Of a stretch of DNA of 62,317 nucleotides, positions 61,373-62,317 are shown in pieces. The notes under the pieces are model-generated. The model saw only the letters and a program-made list of their open reading frames with translations. It had not been told where the DNA came from and searched no databases. The translations under genes and the position numbers were made by a program. Where the stretch lies: the NCBI GenBank assembly GCA_964392285.1, contig CAYMOW010000003.1:1-62317 (forward strand), written 5' to 3'. The DNA comes from an uncultured Candidatus Saccharibacteria bacterium (GTDB lineage Bacteria; Patescibacteriota; Minisyncoccia; Phycocordibacterales; WO2-35-19). Every line of letters begins with the position of its first letter. Position 1 is the first letter of the stretch.

Positions 61373-62018
61373 CTTGTTACCACACATTACTGTGTGCAAT
61401 GGACTATAGCTTTTTCTGTTTTCTTCTGTAATTGAAGGGGAAGGTACCCTCCCGGTGTACACTAGGCTGTAATCTCGTGGATCATCTAAGCCTCGGTGAC
61501 TCTTCCTCCCCCATTACAAAAGAAAACAAATTACTGACGTTTAGTCTCTACGGGTGTTTATGAATTGAATAGCGCCGGGAGAGGCTGTGCACAACCTCTC
61601 CCTATGGCGACCACCATCTAAGCCCCGGAATACTCCGTGCGGACCTAGAACTTCTGGTAATCACCACTATTCAATTCACAAACTTCCCTCGGTATTAACC
61701 TTGCTACTAGATTCTATCTACTAGCTACTGGCCTTCACCGATATTAGTCAGTTTGTTCATTTTGCATTTTGATTTTTTAATTTTCAATTTGCATTATGAC
61801 CGCCGTGATTTGATTGATTTCCCGCCTCTTCGGCGGGTCGCCGATGAGGCGACTACTATACTTAATTTCATAAACGAAACGTTTTATAACAGTTTTCTTT
61901 TATCTCAAGGGATTCAGACTGCTGAGGTTAGTAGTTAGGTATTAGTAGTCAGCATACAGGTTTAGGAAATTTATTTTTTCCTGACTACTGACTACTGACT
62001 ACTGACTACTATCTCTCA
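61373..62018 (-). mobile_element. ORF-less 646-nt group I-like intron in 23S rRNA, at the site corresponding to about E. coli 2593 (the I-CreI / Cr.LSU-type site)
   Basis: The exon junction restores AGACCGU|CGUGAGACAG (E. coli AGAACGU CGUGAGACAG). The 5' exon ends in U and the insert ends in G. An internal AGAGACUAAACGUCAG (plus 61534-61550) resembles the Tetrahymena J6/7-P7 CAGACUAAAUGUCGG. Several long-range complementary blocks are present. There is no endonuclease-sized ORF. Confidence 0.7.
61981..62010. repeat. Tandem heptanucleotide repeat (ctgacta x4.3) near the 5' end of the intron
   Basis: The sequence is ctgacta ctgacta ctgacta ctgacta ct. A complementary tagtagtcag at 61944-61953 can pair with it. 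Confidence 0.9.
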
Positions 62019-62317
62019 ACGGTCTGAACCCAGCTCGCGTATCTTTTTAAATGGCGAACAGCCATACCCTTGGGAGCTTCTCCACCCCCGGGATAAGATG
62101 AGCCGACATCGAGGTGCCGAACTCCGCCGTCGCTCTGGACGCTTAGGCGGAACTAGCCTGTTATCCCCGGAGTAGCTTTTGTCAGATGAGCTCTGGCCGC
62201 GTCTAACGCGAACCATCGGATCACTTAGCTCTGCTTTCGCATCTGCGCGACACTTACGTCTTGCAGTTAAGCCAGCTTGTGCCTATACACTATCGCCATG
62301 GTTTCCATTCACGGCTA

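Larger units (their letters stand above)
61023..62317 (-). rRNA. rrl: 23S ribosomal RNA, 3' portion (5' part lies beyond the window), interrupted by an intron at 61373-62018
   Basis: The + strand is collinear with the reverse complement of E. coli 23S domains V-VI as I remember it. Matching blocks are attagtac...cctatcaacg, gatgctttcag, tcctctcgtactag, acctgtctcacg | acggtctgaacccagctcgcgta, aaatggcgaacagccatacccttggga, gagccgacatcgaggtgcc and cctgttatccccggagta. The 3' end is placed at gcuuaacc (about 61023-61033), which would pair with a GGUUAAGC 5' end. Confidence 0.9.

Noticed and set aside
61753-61938. 61-aa ORF inside the 23S intron, considered as a possible homing endonuclease
   Set aside because: It is on the strand antisense to the rRNA, is too short, and has no LAGLIDADG, GIY-YIG or HNH motif. 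I therefore call the intron ORF-less.
61981-62010. Tandem repeats here, and the AT-rich tandem units at 22125-22153, considered as a CRISPR array
   Set aside because: The units are 7-15 nt and directly abutting, with no spacers. No cas genes lie in the window.
1-62317. Alternative genetic code (UGA recoding, as in some CPR lineages)
   Set aside because: All recognisable genes give full-length, motif-complete products under the standard code, and several end at or contain no in-frame TGA problems. Nothing suggests recoding.

Overview
The window reads like a contig from a small-genome, gene-dense bacterium. By eye GC is about 40-45% with sharp local shifts. Nearly all genes lie on the minus strand, and there is an intron-bearing rRNA operon. 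This style fits Candidate Phyla Radiation / Patescibacteria, but that is inference only. All functional calls come from motifs I recognise in the translations; no database search was possible.

Contents, left to right:
- (1) 1-5264: the 5' 5.2 kb of a giant surface-protein gene that runs off the left edge. It has at least 13 GNVGIGT(T/S)xP repeats.
- (2) 5.6-7.0 kb: a small HTH gene and a degenerate IS200/RayT-like gene.
- (3) 7-22 kb: a housekeeping and carbohydrate block with gatB, a P-type ATPase, GH15, GH57, a glycogen-synthase-like GT, an AI-2E transporter, DedA, CYTH, HIT, a RelE/Phd toxin-antitoxin pair and secA.
- (4) 22.5-49.8 kb, plus 55.5-58 kb: a roughly 30 kb cell-envelope glycan supercluster.
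  - Export and ligation genes: an O-antigen-ligase/TPR protein and a Wzm/Wzt-type ABC exporter.
  - Glycosyltransferases: about 12 in total, including two Dpm1-like GT2 enzymes next to GT-C-type membrane proteins, and a GT4-GtrA fusion.
  - Sugar-modifying enzymes: three methyltransferases, a plant-type RGP/GT75 mutase homologue next to an SDR epimerase, and Gfo/Idh/MocA plus FAD oxidoreductases present both as a fusion and as a split pair.
  - Initiating enzyme: a WbaP-type transferase.
- (5) 49.8-60.6 kb: a VirD4/TraD-like ATPase, a GHL10-type hydrolase, secDF, a SEDS protein and a vWA protein.
- (6) 60.6 kb to the end, minus strand: 5S rRNA, an odd tRNA-like RNA in the 23S-5S spacer, and the 3' part of 23S rRNA. 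The 23S is interrupted by an ORF-less 646-nt group I-like intron at the I-CreI-type site.

Most noteworthy observations:
- the tRNA-like rod RNA in the 23S-5S spacer
- the rRNA intron
- a roughly 43-nt palindromic element inserted in frame into secA and into a GT-C gene, with a third intergenic copy
- an AT-rich 9-kb cassette whose left breakpoint lies inside the wzt gene
- the RGP-epimerase pair
- a fused versus split oxidoreductase pair
- several exact dispersed repeats
- a terminator-flanked 23-aa Lys-rich micro-ORF
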